Made by a program: the position numbers and the translations under genes. The notes below the pieces were generated by a model. The model saw nothing but the letters and a program-made list of their open reading frames with translations. It ran no database searches and was not told the origin of the DNA. Positions 21,008 to 30,950 of a stretch of 64,000 nucleotides of DNA are shown one piece after another (position 1 is the stretch's first letter; each line of letters begins with the position of its first letter). This DNA comes from a virus, in IMG/VR virus record IMGVR_UViG_3300021963_000038, positions 1 through 64,000 of that record, one strand, 5' to 3'.

Positions 21008-21709
21008 ATGTCATACCTTGGCAACCAGCCTGGTGTAGGTTCTTTTATTGTTTCAACCGAAAGGTTCAACGGTACGGGTTCTTGCACACAATTTTCGTTA
21101 ACACAAACAGGCATTCAAGACCCAAATGCGATTGAGGTTCTTGTTAATAGTATTCAACAGGATCCAATAAATTCATATTCTGTTGCCAATGGTGTAATCA
21201 CATTTACTGAGGCACCTTCTTCTGGCGCAAATAACATTATTGTTACATATCGTGCAACAACGATAATTACATATAACAATTTACTGAATTCACAAATACC
21301 AGATGGTACAATTACTGCATCTAAGTTAGCTTCTGGTGTTTTACCTTCTGCTGCAGCTAATTCAGCGGCAACTTATGCTAACAGTTCTTTTGCAGTAGCC
21401 AACTCAGCGGCAAGTTATGCCAATGCGGCTTTCGGTCAAGCAAACAACGTCATCGGTGCCGCATCGTATGCAAACTCTGCTTTTGCAGCTGCTAATACTG
21501 GTGGTTCTGCTGCAGTTTATGCTAACGGTGCTTTTGCTCAAGCAAACACCGATGTTACTAATATAAACATTACTACTGGTACATACGGCAATTCAGCCTA
21601 TTATCCAATCATTACTGTTTCTGCAAATGGTAGAATTAATACAGTAACAACACAAGTGGTAACGGGTGTGGATGCTCATCCGTTTTTCTTTACAGCAATG
21701 GGGTCATAA
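21008..21709 (+). CDS. Fibre stalk protein, cassette 1
   Basis: Start moved from 20981 to the ATG at 21008 (MSYLGNQ, matching MSYIGNQ of ORF 27762); ANSAASYAN repeats; ends PFFFTAMGS. Confidence 0.75.
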   Translation: MSYLGNQPGVGSFIVSTERFNGTGSCTQFSLTQTGIQDPNAIEVLVNSIQQDPINSYSVANGVITFTEAPSSGANNIIVTYRATTIITYNNLLNSQIPDGTITASKLASGVLPSAAANSAATYANSSFAVANSAASYANAAFGQANNVIGAASYANSAFAAANTGGSAAVYANGAFAQANTDVTNINITTGTYGNSAYYPIITVSANGRINTVTTQVVTGVDAHPFFFTAMGS

Positions 21710-22056
21710 TGCCAACAGCATATAAAATTTTAGGTCAAACATTACCAACTGCAAACACACTAAGTAATGTGTATGTGGTTCCTGCAGCAACATCTGCAAT
21801 CATTAGCACAATTACTATTTGTAATCAAAGTTCAGCTAATGCTAACGTAGATATTATGATTAGACCAATCAATGAAACATTAGCAAACAAACATTATATG
21901 ATAAAAGGTGTTACGATTCCTAGAGCAGACACAATGATTTTGTCACCAGGTGTTACATTAAATGCATCGGTCATTGTTGCAGTAAATAATGCTGTTGTTT
22001 CAGGTGAAACTGCTGCTAACGTATCGTTCAACGTATTTGGAGTAGAGTTAACATAA
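21709..22056 (+). CDS. ~110-aa adaptor paralog A1
   Basis: YKILGQ..NVYVVPAATS..TICNQ..FGVELT. Confidence 0.75.
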   Translation: MPTAYKILGQTLPTANTLSNVYVVPAATSAIISTITICNQSSANANVDIMIRPINETLANKHYMIKGVTIPRADTMILSPGVTLNASVIVAVNNAVVSGETAANVSFNVFGVELT

Positions 22057-22397
22057 TGCCTAATACCTATAAAATTCTTGGTCAAGTAAACCCATCCGCA
22101 AATACACAAAGTAATGTGTATGTGGTTCCTGCTGCAACTTCGTCAGTAATTAATTCAGTTCAGATTGCAAATCAATCAGCATCAAATGCTTCATATAGTT
22201 TGATTGTGATGCCATCTGCTAACTTTGCAAGTCCAGCTTCTAATGGAATGTATTTTATTATTCGTGGTAGCACGATACCAGCATCAGACGCTGCGACACT
22301 TACTTTGAGTTTATCATTACCTGCTGGTGCAGTATTAGCCGCAAACACAAACTCAGCGAGTATCTCTTTTCAAGCGTTCGGTGTTGAAATCACCTAA
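22056..22397 (+). CDS. ~110-aa adaptor paralog A2
   Basis: YKILGQ..NVYVVPAATS..IANQ..FGVEIT. Confidence 0.75.
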   Translation: MPNTYKILGQVNPSANTQSNVYVVPAATSSVINSVQIANQSASNASYSLIVMPSANFASPASNGMYFIIRGSTIPASDAATLTLSLSLPAGAVLAANTNSASISFQAFGVEIT

Positions 22398-22413
22398 GTT
22401 TATCTGAGGTGAT

Positions 22414-23349
22414 ATGTCGATACTATTTCTAAAAACTTCTCCAACTGGTTCTTTTGTAAGACCTAGTGGATACGCATTTCCAACCGGAATCACTAATGCT
22501 GGAGATAATGATAATGGCCCAACATCTGTTGATTATCTTGTAATCGCTGGCGCTGGTGGTGCCGGCAGCGGTGTATATAATGCTGGTGGTGGCGGCGGTG
22601 GAGGTGCAGGTGGATTTTTAACTGGTACATCATTTGCAATTGCAAGAGGCACTTCTTATTCTATTACAGTAGGTGCAGGTGGCGCAGGTGGTCCTAATGT
22701 GGGAAGTTTATCTGGTTCTCCAGCTCCTGGAACACATGGTGCTAACGGATTTAATAGTGTATTTTCTTCATTGACTGCAATTGCTGGTGGTGGAGGTGGT
22801 TCAGGAAATCCTTCAGGACCAACAGCAACACCTGCAACACCGGGTGGTTATAACGGTGGTTCAGGTGGCGGCGGTGCAGTGGGTGGTTCTGGTGGACTTG
22901 GAACACCAGGTCAAGGAACTGATGGTGGTGCAGGACAAACACTTGGTGCTGGTGGTGGAGGTTCTGGTGGTGCAGGTGCTAGTAGAGGTGGAAATCCTGG
23001 TGGTAAAGGTGGCGCAGGATCAGGTACTGCATCGCCATACTCAGGTAGTCCAGTAACATATTCAACTGGTGGAAATGGCGGAGAAAACGTAGCAAGACCT
23101 CCAGGTGGTTCTGACGGTGGTGCAGGCCCAGCTAATACTGGCACTGGTGGTGACGCTGGCGGTCAAGGTGGTGGCCAAACAGGTTCAGGTGGTAACGGTG
23201 GCTCAGGTATTGTAATCATTCGTTATTCTGGTGCTCAAGCAGCTGCTGGTGGTAATTATTCTAATCCAGCTCCTGGTGCAACATCAATACATACTTTTAC
23301 TGGTGATGGAACTTTCCGTTCCAACTTAACGAATTATCTTATCAATTAA
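22414..23349 (+). CDS. Glycine-rich putative fibre tip/adhesin G1
   Basis: RPSGYAFPTG, VDYLVIAG, polyglycine runs, GGSGIVIIRY, IHTFTGDGTF. Confidence 0.75.
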   Translation: MSILFLKTSPTGSFVRPSGYAFPTGITNAGDNDNGPTSVDYLVIAGAGGAGSGVYNAGGGGGGGAGGFLTGTSFAIARGTSYSITVGAGGAGGPNVGSLSGSPAPGTHGANGFNSVFSSLTAIAGGGGGSGNPSGPTATPATPGGYNGGSGGGGAVGGSGGLGTPGQGTDGGAGQTLGAGGGGSGGAGASRGGNPGGKGGAGSGTASPYSGSPVTYSTGGNGGENVARPPGGSDGGAGPANTGTGGDAGGQGGGQTGSGGNGGSGIVIIRYSGAQAAAGGNYSNPAPGATSIHTFTGDGTFRSNLTNYLIN

Positions 23350-23351
23350 AA

Positions 23352-24275
23352 ATGTCAGCAATTAAATTTATAAAAGCAAATAAAGTTGGCAAATTAATTA
23401 GGCCGAGTGGATATAATTTTCCAACCGGTTTAGGTGGTTTTCCTGCTGATTTAACAATTGATTATCTTGTAGTTGCAGGTGGTGGTGGTGGCGGTGAAAA
23501 TTTGGGTGGCGGTGCTGGTGCTGGTGGTTTTTTAACTGCATCTGGTGCCACGATGACAACAGGAACATCTAGAACTGTTACAGTAGGTGGTGGTGGTTCA
23601 GGTGGTGGATATCCTGGTACACCTGCTGCTAATGGATCAAATTCAATATTCGGTCCAGCTATAGTTGCTATTGGTGGTGGCCGTGGTGGCGGTGGTTCTG
23701 TAACTCCATATGCAGACGGTGGTTCTGGTGGTGGCGCAAGACAACAAAATGGTTTTGGACTTGGAACTCCAGGTCAAGGAAATAATGGTGCTCAAATATC
23801 TCCACTTAATCCTGCTGTTGGTGGCGGAGGTGGCGGTGGGGCTGGCTCTGTTGGTAGTGGTGGAACACCAGGTCAAAATAGAGGAGGTGACGGTGGTTCT
23901 GGTTTAGCATCACCATTGAGTGGTACACCAGTAACATATGCTGGTGGCGGTGGCGGTGGCGGTTATCCTGTTACTGGCACACCAGCTGGTACGGGTGGAA
24001 ATTTTCAAGTATCATCTCCAGCAACTGCTCCAGGTGGTGGCGGTCCTGGTAATGGTGGTGGTGGTTCAACCAATACTGGCGGTGGTGCTGGAGGCGGCGG
24101 TGTTAATACTGGTGCTGCTGCTGGTGGTTCAGGAATTGTAATCATTCGCTATCTTGGAACTCAAGCAGCTGCAGGTGGAAATTATAGTTCAAGTGGTGGT
24201 TACTCTATACATACATTCAATGGTGATGGTACTTTTAGTGCTAACTCTGGCCCAACAACGTACATCGTAAATTAA
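23352..24275 (+). CDS. Glycine-rich putative fibre tip/adhesin G2
   Basis: Same motif framework as G1. Confidence 0.75.
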   Translation: MSAIKFIKANKVGKLIRPSGYNFPTGLGGFPADLTIDYLVVAGGGGGGENLGGGAGAGGFLTASGATMTTGTSRTVTVGGGGSGGGYPGTPAANGSNSIFGPAIVAIGGGRGGGGSVTPYADGGSGGGARQQNGFGLGTPGQGNNGAQISPLNPAVGGGGGGGAGSVGSGGTPGQNRGGDGGSGLASPLSGTPVTYAGGGGGGGYPVTGTPAGTGGNFQVSSPATAPGGGGPGNGGGGSTNTGGGAGGGGVNTGAAAGGSGIVIIRYLGTQAAAGGNYSSSGGYSIHTFNGDGTFSANSGPTTYIVN

Positions 24276-24283
24276 AGAACAAA

Positions 24284-25192
24284 ATGGGAATTGAATTTTT
24301 AAAAGCTTCTAAGAATTTTGCTCTTGTGAGACCAAGTGGATACACGTTTCCAACAGGACTAACTAGTGGTGGTAATTTATTGGTTGATTATCTTGTTGTC
24401 GCTGGTGGAGGTGGTGGTGGAAGAGATTTAGCTGCTGGAGCAAATCAAGCTGCCGGTGGTGGCGGTGCAGGTGGTTTCTTAACTGGTGCAGGGTTTTCTG
24501 TAACACAAGGAACATCTTATTCTATTACAGTAGGTGCTGGAGGTCCAGGTGGTGCTGCAAGCAGTAGCGGTAGTAATGGATCAAATTCAGTTTTTTCATC
24601 ATTAACAGCTGTTGGTGGTGGCGGCGGTCGTAATAACGGTGTAGGATTTTCTGGTGGTTCAGGTGGTGGAGGTTCAGCGTCAACTAATGCTGGTGGGCCA
24701 GGAACTCCAGGTCAAGGTAATGCTGGTGGTACTGCTGGTGGATTTCGCTCGGGTGGCGGCGGAGGTTCTGGTGCAGTAGGTCAAGACGGTCCTGCGGGGA
24801 CTCCATATCAAGGTGGCGCTGGTGGTAATGGTACTGCATCACCATATTCAGGTTCACCAGTAACATATGCTGGCGGCGGTGGTGGTGGGGGATACAATAC
24901 TCCTGTGCAAGCTCCTGGTGGATCGGGCGGTGGAGGTGCAGGTAGTGCTCAAACTGGAAATGCAGGTTCAGCTCCAAATAATACTGGAAGTGGAGGTGGT
25001 GGTTGTGGTAGTGATGCTTCTGGCGTTACTGGTTCTTCTGGTTCAGGTGGTTCAGGTGTTGTAATCATTCGTTATCTTGGTGCTCAAGCAGCTGCTGGTG
25101 GAAATTATTCATCATCAGGTGGATACTCTATACATAGATTCACCGGTGATTCAGCCTTTAGTGCTAACACAACGGGTTACATCATAGATTAA
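24284..25192 (+). CDS. Glycine-rich putative fibre tip/adhesin G3
   Basis: Same motif framework as G1. Confidence 0.75.
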   Translation: MGIEFLKASKNFALVRPSGYTFPTGLTSGGNLLVDYLVVAGGGGGGRDLAAGANQAAGGGGAGGFLTGAGFSVTQGTSYSITVGAGGPGGAASSSGSNGSNSVFSSLTAVGGGGGRNNGVGFSGGSGGGGSASTNAGGPGTPGQGNAGGTAGGFRSGGGGGSGAVGQDGPAGTPYQGGAGGNGTASPYSGSPVTYAGGGGGGGYNTPVQAPGGSGGGGAGSAQTGNAGSAPNNTGSGGGGCGSDASGVTGSSGSGGSGVVIIRYLGAQAAAGGNYSSSGGYSIHRFTGDSAFSANTTGYIID

Positions 25193-25225
25193 TAGGTAAA
25201 AAAAATAATATCACAATAAGAATAG

Positions 25226-25233
25226 CATAAATA
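25226..25233 (+). promoter_or_regulatory. Late promoter variant CATAAATA
   Basis: Intergenic, upstream of ORF 25270 with RBS GGAGG. Confidence 0.6.
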
Positions 25234-25269
25234 TAAGTATCATTTTATACTATTTTGGAGGTTAAAAAA

Positions 25270-25665
25270 ATGGCACATTTCGCAAAAATTAATAAAGCTA
25301 CAAACGAAGTTCTTCATGTATCCGTTGTTGATAACTGGAACTGCGTTGATGGCACAGGCAAAGAAGTAGAAGCAATAGGCATCACATACCTTGAAGGTGT
25401 TCATGGTGTGCATGATGATGTTTATTGGAAACAAACAAGTTACAACAATAACATTCGTAAAAATTATGCCGGTATTGGTATGACATACGATGCGGGTCGT
25501 GATGCTTTCATTGCACCTAAACCATATCCATCATGGGTATTAGTTGAAGAAACTTGCCAATGGAAAGCACCCGTTGATATGCCAGCTGATGCTGGCACAG
25601 GAAATCCACCTAAGATGTATCGTTGGGATGAAGCAACATTAAGTCATGTTGAAATGACAATTTAA
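25270..25665 (+). CDS. Conserved phage protein, putative fibre assembly factor
   Basis: ATG 25270 after GGAGG; MAHFAKI..WKQTSYN..RKNYAGIG..YD..RDAFIAPKPYPSW..CQWKAP family commonly found next to Gly-rich fibre genes. Confidence 0.7.
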   Translation: MAHFAKINKATNEVLHVSVVDNWNCVDGTGKEVEAIGITYLEGVHGVHDDVYWKQTSYNNNIRKNYAGIGMTYDAGRDAFIAPKPYPSWVLVEETCQWKAPVDMPADAGTGNPPKMYRWDEATLSHVEMTI

Positions 25666-25681
25666 TTATTAGGAGTATAAA

Positions 25682-26089
25682 ATGGATTTAAATAACGCAA
25701 GTGATGTGATGAAAAACTTTTCAGCTGAGAATGGAATGCCGGTAGGAATTGATACTGCAATTAAGGCTTTAAGACCTGGTTGCACTTTTGAAATTGCAAT
25801 GTCTGGTGGTGTTGTTACTTATCATAAGTGGTATCACCCTGATGGTTTATCAGCACCAACAAAAGCTGAGATTGATGAAGAAATTGTTTTCCAAGAAAAA
25901 TTGGCAAAACATTATCAGTATGCATACGATAGGTGCCGTCATTACCCTGATGGGTTTGAACAACTTGATATGTTGTGGCACGCTATCAATGAAGGTGTTG
26001 AATTGAAAAATTCAGAGTGGTTTAATACGATTAAAGAAGTTAAAGAAAAGTTTCCTAAATCTGAAGGCCCAGCACCAACAAAAGATTAA
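25682..26089 (+). CDS. Putative tail fibre assembly/XkdW-like protein
   Basis: ALRPG..PTKAEI.. and YP..EQLDMLWH..IKEVKEKFPK motifs; RBS AGGAG. Confidence 0.6.
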   Translation: MDLNNASDVMKNFSAENGMPVGIDTAIKALRPGCTFEIAMSGGVVTYHKWYHPDGLSAPTKAEIDEEIVFQEKLAKHYQYAYDRCRHYPDGFEQLDMLWHAINEGVELKNSEWFNTIKEVKEKFPKSEGPAPTKD

Positions 26090-26101
26090 TTAGAAAAATA
26101 G

Positions 26102-26109
26102 AATAAATA
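26102..26109 (+). promoter_or_regulatory. Late promoter variant AATAAATA
   Basis: 7 nt upstream of ATG 26117. Confidence 0.55.
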
Positions 26110-26116
26110 GACCACT

Positions 26117-26416
26117 ATGGCACTCAATAAAGTAAACGCAGATTCAATCGCAGACGGCACAGTTGTTGCTGCTGACATTGCAGACAATACAATTACCTTA
26201 GCAAAGTTGCAAAGTGGTCTGTTGCCTACTGCAATCGCAAATTCAGCAGCTGCATATGCTAACTCAGGATTTGCAGTTGCCAATTCATCAGCATCTTATG
26301 CTAACTCAGGTTTTGCAGTAGCTAACTCAGCGGCAAGTTATGCTAACTCAGGATTTTCAACCGCTAACACGGCAACAACTTCAATACCAAACATTTTCAT
26401 GTTATCAGGAATGTAA
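26117..26416 (+). CDS. Short fibre stalk protein, cassette 2
   Basis: IADGTV..IADNTIT.AKL repeats and three ANSAASYANSGFAV units; ends PNIFMLSGM. Confidence 0.75.
   Translation: MALNKVNADSIADGTVVAADIADNTITLAKLQSGLLPTAIANSAAAYANSGFAVANSSASYANSGFAVANSAASYANSGFSTANTATTSIPNIFMLSGM
26237..26368 (+). repeat. Coding tandem repeat, ~42-nt/14-aa unit (ANSAASYANSGFAV)
   Basis: Three units each containing TATGCTAACTCAGG. Confidence 0.85.
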
Positions 26417-26422
26417 AAACAT

Positions 26423-26761
26423 ATGGCACAAACATATAAACGATTAGGCGCAATCAACCCATCTGCAAATACGCAGACAAATGTGTATGTTGTGCCAGCA
26501 GCAACTTCAACAGTATTTTCATCAATTACAATTTGTAATCAAACAGCATCTAATGCTTCTTACAGTTTAGCTTTGATGAACAATTCAGAATTTAATGCTT
26601 CAGCACCAGCAGCAACATTTATTGTTCGTGGTGCAACTGTACCTGCCGCAGACACAATTGTTCTTACATTAGGTCTGACCGCTAATGCAGGTATGGTGCT
26701 TGCAGCAAATGCAAGTTCAGCATCAATTTCAATCGCAGCTTTTGGTTCAGAGATTACATAA
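26423..26761 (+). CDS. ~110-aa adaptor paralog A3
   Basis: YKRLGA..NVYVVPAATS..TICNQ..FGSEIT. Confidence 0.75.
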   Translation: MAQTYKRLGAINPSANTQTNVYVVPAATSTVFSSITICNQTASNASYSLALMNNSEFNASAPAATFIVRGATVPAADTIVLTLGLTANAGMVLAANASSASISIAAFGSEIT

Positions 26762-27741
26762 TGGCAGTTCGTTCAGCAAATTTATTAACTTTTACATCAG
26801 TCAATAAAAAAGGTGTTAGACCAGATGGTTATGCTTTTCCAGTTGGACTAACACAAACTGTTGCTGGCCAAGCTGCAGGACCAACTTCAGTAGATTATCT
26901 TGTAGTCGCTGGTGGTGGCGGTGGAGGTAGTCGATATGCTGGCGGCGGCGGTGCCGGTGGATTTTTAACTGGAACAGGATTTTCTATAACAACGGGAACA
27001 CCATACACCGTAACTGTTGGTGGTGGTGGACCAGGTAATGCTTATGTTAGTCCAGGTCAAGGTGGCGATGGAGGTAATTCAATATTTGGTCCATCTATAA
27101 CAGCCACTGGTGGCGGTGGTGGCGGCGGTGAAACTCCACCTTCAAGTGTGGGCACTGGTCGTGCTGGGGGTTCTGGTGGCGGTGCTAACTCGGGCGCAGG
27201 CGGATCAGGAACTCCAGGTCAAGGAAATAATGGCGGTTCAGCTTCATCTCCAGGTTTAGGATCTAATGCAACAGGCGGTGGTGGTGGCGGTGCCGGTGGA
27301 GCTGGTAGTTCTGGAGGAGCATATAGTTCTGGATATCCAGCAACGGGCACTGGCGGCCTTGGTACTGCATCACCTTATTCTGGTTCACCAGTAACATATG
27401 CTGGTGGCGGTGGTGCAGGAAATGGAACTGGTGGTGGTGTTTGTCTTGGTGGTCCAGGAACTCCAGGGGTAAGTGGTGGTAACGGATCCGGCGGTAGCGC
27501 AACTGGTGTTGCAGGAACTACTAACACGGGTGGTGGAGGTGGCGGTGGAAATTTTGATGGTAGTATAGGAAAAACTGGCGGTGCCGGCGGTTCTGGTATT
27601 GTAATCATTCGTTATACTGGTAGTCAAGGTGCTGCTGGTGGAAACTATTCATCATCTGGTGGTTATTCAATACATACATTCACTGGTAGTGGATCATTTA
27701 CATCCAATACATTCATAGCTGCCACTTATAACATCAATTAA
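26761..27741 (+). CDS. Glycine-rich putative fibre tip/adhesin G4
   Basis: RPDGYAFPVGL, VDYLVVAGGGGGG, GGSGIVIIRY, IHTFTG. Confidence 0.75.
   Translation: MAVRSANLLTFTSVNKKGVRPDGYAFPVGLTQTVAGQAAGPTSVDYLVVAGGGGGGSRYAGGGGAGGFLTGTGFSITTGTPYTVTVGGGGPGNAYVSPGQGGDGGNSIFGPSITATGGGGGGGETPPSSVGTGRAGGSGGGANSGAGGSGTPGQGNNGGSASSPGLGSNATGGGGGGAGGAGSSGGAYSSGYPATGTGGLGTASPYSGSPVTYAGGGGAGNGTGGGVCLGGPGTPGVSGGNGSGGSATGVAGTTNTGGGGGGGNFDGSIGKTGGAGGSGIVIIRYTGSQGAAGGNYSSSGGYSIHTFTGSGSFTSNTFIAATYNIN
26956..27035 (+). repeat. 80-bp exact dispersed repeat (copy 2 at 29223-29302)
   Basis: GGTGGATTTTTAACTGGAACAGG...GGTGGTGGACCAGG is identical in G4 and G5. Confidence 0.9.
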
Positions 27742-27746
27742 AACAG

Positions 27747-27754
27747 AATAAATA
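27747..27754 (+). promoter_or_regulatory. Late promoter variant AATAAATA
   Basis: 7 nt upstream of ATG 27762. Confidence 0.55.
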
Positions 27755-27761
27755 ATCAATT

Positions 27762-28697
27762 ATGTCATATATTGGAAATCAGGTAACATCAATACCGTTT
27801 ATCACAGATATCTTTTCTGGTACTGGCGCTCAAACGGCATTTACTCCACTAACAAGAGCTCCTGCTGGTACTGCATCAATTGCTGTTTTCATTGCTGGTG
27901 TATATCAACCGCCTTCTGCATACACATTAAATGGTGTTACTCTTACATTCAGTTCAGCACCAACAGCTGGCACAGGTAACATTGTTGTTCTACATCTAGG
28001 TAATGGTTCTGCTGTTCAAGTTCCATCGGACGGTTCAGTTACATTACTCAAACTATCTAACGATACTTACTCATATATCAATTCTGCATTTACTGCGGCT
28101 AATACTGGTGGCTCAGCAGCATCATATGCTAACTCAGGATTTGCGGTTGCTAACTCAGCGGCAAGTTATGCCAATGCAGCTTTTATCTCTGCAAATTTAA
28201 GTAATGGTATTGATACTACACAAAATACAAATATTACGAATGTTGGTACATATGCCAACTCAGCATTTGCTAAGGCAAACAATGCCACATCAAACGGTTC
28301 TTTTGCCGTAACAGGTTCAGGCTTAGCAGTTTCATTAACTGGTTCAGTAATAACTGGTTACAAAATTTTAGGTCAAATTGTAACAACGGCAAATTCAATT
28401 GCCAACGTATATGTTGTACCAGCTGCAACATCAGCTTCAATCGGTACAATCACAGTTTGTAATGGCACAGCAAACGATGTTCTATTAGATTTGATATCAA
28501 GACCATCTACTGAAGCTTTAGCTGCAAAACATTATATTGTTAAAGGCATCACACTGCCAGCTGCGGATACACTCATCATAGATAGTGGTGTATCATTAAA
28601 TACTGGTGCTATTTTAGCTGCCAACACAACTGGTGGCAATGCAGCCGCTTCTGCTGCAGGCATATCAGTTCACGCATATGGAGTTGAAATCGTATAA
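27762..28697 (+). CDS. Fibre stalk fused to an adaptor domain, cassette 3
   Basis: MSYIGNQ start, ANSAASYAN repeats, then GYKILGQ..VYVVPAATS..YGVEIV adaptor domain. Confidence 0.78.
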   Translation: MSYIGNQVTSIPFITDIFSGTGAQTAFTPLTRAPAGTASIAVFIAGVYQPPSAYTLNGVTLTFSSAPTAGTGNIVVLHLGNGSAVQVPSDGSVTLLKLSNDTYSYINSAFTAANTGGSAASYANSGFAVANSAASYANAAFISANLSNGIDTTQNTNITNVGTYANSAFAKANNATSNGSFAVTGSGLAVSLTGSVITGYKILGQIVTTANSIANVYVVPAATSASIGTITVCNGTANDVLLDLISRPSTEALAAKHYIVKGITLPAADTLIIDSGVSLNTGAILAANTTGGNAAASAAGISVHAYGVEIV

Positions 28698-29035
28698 TGG
28701 CAAACGCATATAAAATTTTAGGTCAATTAAATCCAACAGCTAATACACAAGGTAATGTGTATGTTGTGCCGGCAGCTTCAGCTGGAATTATTGAAACTAT
28801 TACAATCGCAAATCAATCAACAACTAATGCATCTTACAGTTTAATTGTGATGCCAGCTGCCAACTTTGCTTCACCAGCCGCAAACACATATTTCGTTGTT
28901 CGTGGTGGTTTAGCTCCTGCAAGTGATACTGCAATCATCGACCTTAACCTCAATTTGCCTGCTGGCACAGTCTTTGCTGCCAATGCAAGCACATCTTCTA
29001 TTTCCATATCGGCATTTGGCGTAGAAGTTTCTTAA
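28697..29035 (+). CDS. ~110-aa adaptor paralog A5
   Basis: YKILGQ..NVYVVPAA..IANQ..FGVEVS; closest to A2 (shared NASYSLIVMP.ANFASPA). Confidence 0.75.
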   Translation: MANAYKILGQLNPTANTQGNVYVVPAASAGIIETITIANQSTTNASYSLIVMPAANFASPAANTYFVVRGGLAPASDTAIIDLNLNLPAGTVFAANASTSSISISAFGVEVS

Positions 29036-29045
29036 AGGCATTAAA

Positions 29046-29957
29046 ATGGGCGTAAGATATTTTAATGCCAAACAAACAAATGGTAGACTACTCAGACCGC
29101 AGGGATATGCATTTCCTGTGGGATTAACTATACTTGTTGCGGCAGGTCCAACTTCAGTAGATTATCTTGTAGTCGCTGGAGGTGGTGGGGGAGGTAACGG
29201 TAATGGTGGTGGAGGCGGCGCTGGTGGATTTTTAACTGGAACAGGATTTTCTATAACAACGGGAACACCATACACCGTAACTGTTGGTGGTGGTGGACCA
29301 GGATCAGCGTCGACCTCCCAAAAAGCTTCGAATGGATCAAATTCTATATTTTCTAGTATAACTTCTGTTGGTGGCGGAGGTGGCGGATCAAATCAAAATA
29401 GAGCAGGATTAAATGGTGGTTCAGGCGGCGGCGCCGGTTCTGCTTCCGATAGTGTAAGTGCGAGTGGTGGTTCTGCTACTCCAAGTCAAGGAAATAATGG
29501 CGGTACAAACGGAACAGGTGCCGCTGCAGGTGGTGGTGGTGGAGCTGGCGGTTCTGGTGGAAACGCATCAGGAACCACTACTGGTAACGGTGGTTCAGGA
29601 ACAGCATCACCATATTCTGGTACACCAGTAACATATGCTGGTGGTGGTGGAGGTGGTGCTAGGAGTGATTTAAGTCAAACACCAGGTACAGGCGGTTCAG
29701 GTGTTGGAGGTGCCGGTGGTTATCCATCAGGAGGTAGTAATGGTTCACCAAATTCTGGTGGTGGAGCTGGAGGATCAGGTTTTGGTGCAAACTCTGGAGG
29801 AACTGGTGGTTCTGGTATTGTAATCATTCGATATGCAGGTGCTCAAACTGCAGCTGGTGGAAACTATTCTTATCCATCTCCTTTTGCATATTCTATACAT
29901 ACATTCACTGGTGATGGTACATTCACAAGTAATACTTTATTATACGCTGTCAACTAA
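29046..29957 (+). CDS. Glycine-rich putative fibre tip/adhesin G5
   Basis: RPQGYAFPVGL framework. Confidence 0.75.
   Translation: MGVRYFNAKQTNGRLLRPQGYAFPVGLTILVAAGPTSVDYLVVAGGGGGGNGNGGGGGAGGFLTGTGFSITTGTPYTVTVGGGGPGSASTSQKASNGSNSIFSSITSVGGGGGGSNQNRAGLNGGSGGGAGSASDSVSASGGSATPSQGNNGGTNGTGAAAGGGGGAGGSGGNASGTTTGNGGSGTASPYSGTPVTYAGGGGGGARSDLSQTPGTGGSGVGGAGGYPSGGSNGSPNSGGGAGGSGFGANSGGTGGSGIVIIRYAGAQTAAGGNYSYPSPFAYSIHTFTGDGTFTSNTLLYAVN
29827..29906 (+). repeat. 80-bp exact dispersed repeat (copy 2 at 30814-30893)
   Basis: TTCGATATGCAGGTGCTCAAACTGCAGC...TATACATACATTC is identical in G5 and G6. Confidence 0.9.
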
Positions 29958-29966
29958 AAAATAATT

Positions 29967-30941
29967 ATGGGTATAAAATATATCAACAAACCTGCGACTG
30001 GTTCTTATTTTTTAAGGCCGCAGGGATATTCATTCCCAACAGGATTAAATATAGCAGGAACACTATCTCTTGATTATCTTGTCGTTGGTGGTGGAGGTGG
30101 CGGTGGAAGTAGTGGAAGTGCAAATGGTGGTGGAGGTGGTGCAGGTGGTTTTAGAACAGGTTCAGGTTTTGTTGTGTTGGGTGGAACATCATATGCTGTT
30201 ACAGTAGGTGCCGGTGGTCCAGCAACATCAACTCCATCTTTTGTCAGAGGCAGTCAAGGGTCAAACACTACTTTCTCTACAATATCTTCTGCTGGTGGTG
30301 GCGGTGGTGGTTCATATGGTCCCACACTTGCAAATGGCCTTGATGGTGGTAGTGGGGGTGGTGCAGGCCAATCAAATGGAAATGCATACACAGGTGGTTC
30401 AGGTAATATTCCATCGACAAGTCCAAGTCAAGGAAATGCTGGTGGTAGTATGCCAGGTAATCCATCTCCTGGAAGAGGTGGTGCCGGCGGCGGTGGCGCA
30501 GGTGCTGGCGGTAATCCTCCAACTGGTTCTCCATTGCAACCTACTGGTGGTGCTGGTGGTGCTGGTAGTGCGTCACCTTTATCAGGTTCACCAGTAAATT
30601 ATGCTGGCGGTGGTTCTGGTGGCAGTCATAGTACAGGTGGAAGTGCCACTCCTGGAGGTCTTGGTGGTGGCGGCGCAGGAAGTTTTTCAAGTACAGTTGC
30701 TGGTGCTGGAACTCCTAACACCGGCGGTGGTGGCGGTGGTGCATCAGATGGAAATTCAGGGTCTTTCGTTGCATCATGGAATGGTGCAGGTGGTGGTTCT
30801 GGTATTGTAATTCTTCGATATGCAGGTGCTCAAACTGCAGCTGGTGGAAACTATTCTTATCCATCTCCTTTTGCATATTCTATACATACATTCCTTGGTG
30901 ATGGCACGTTTAGAGCAAACGGAACATATAGTGTTAATTAA
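29967..30941 (+). CDS. Glycine-rich putative fibre tip/adhesin G6
   Basis: RPQGYSFPTGL framework. Confidence 0.75.
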   Translation: MGIKYINKPATGSYFLRPQGYSFPTGLNIAGTLSLDYLVVGGGGGGGSSGSANGGGGGAGGFRTGSGFVVLGGTSYAVTVGAGGPATSTPSFVRGSQGSNTTFSTISSAGGGGGGSYGPTLANGLDGGSGGGAGQSNGNAYTGGSGNIPSTSPSQGNAGGSMPGNPSPGRGGAGGGGAGAGGNPPTGSPLQPTGGAGGAGSASPLSGSPVNYAGGGSGGSHSTGGSATPGGLGGGGAGSFSSTVAGAGTPNTGGGGGGASDGNSGSFVASWNGAGGGSGIVILRYAGAQTAAGGNYSYPSPFAYSIHTFLGDGTFRANGTYSVN

Positions 30942-30950
30942 GAGATAATT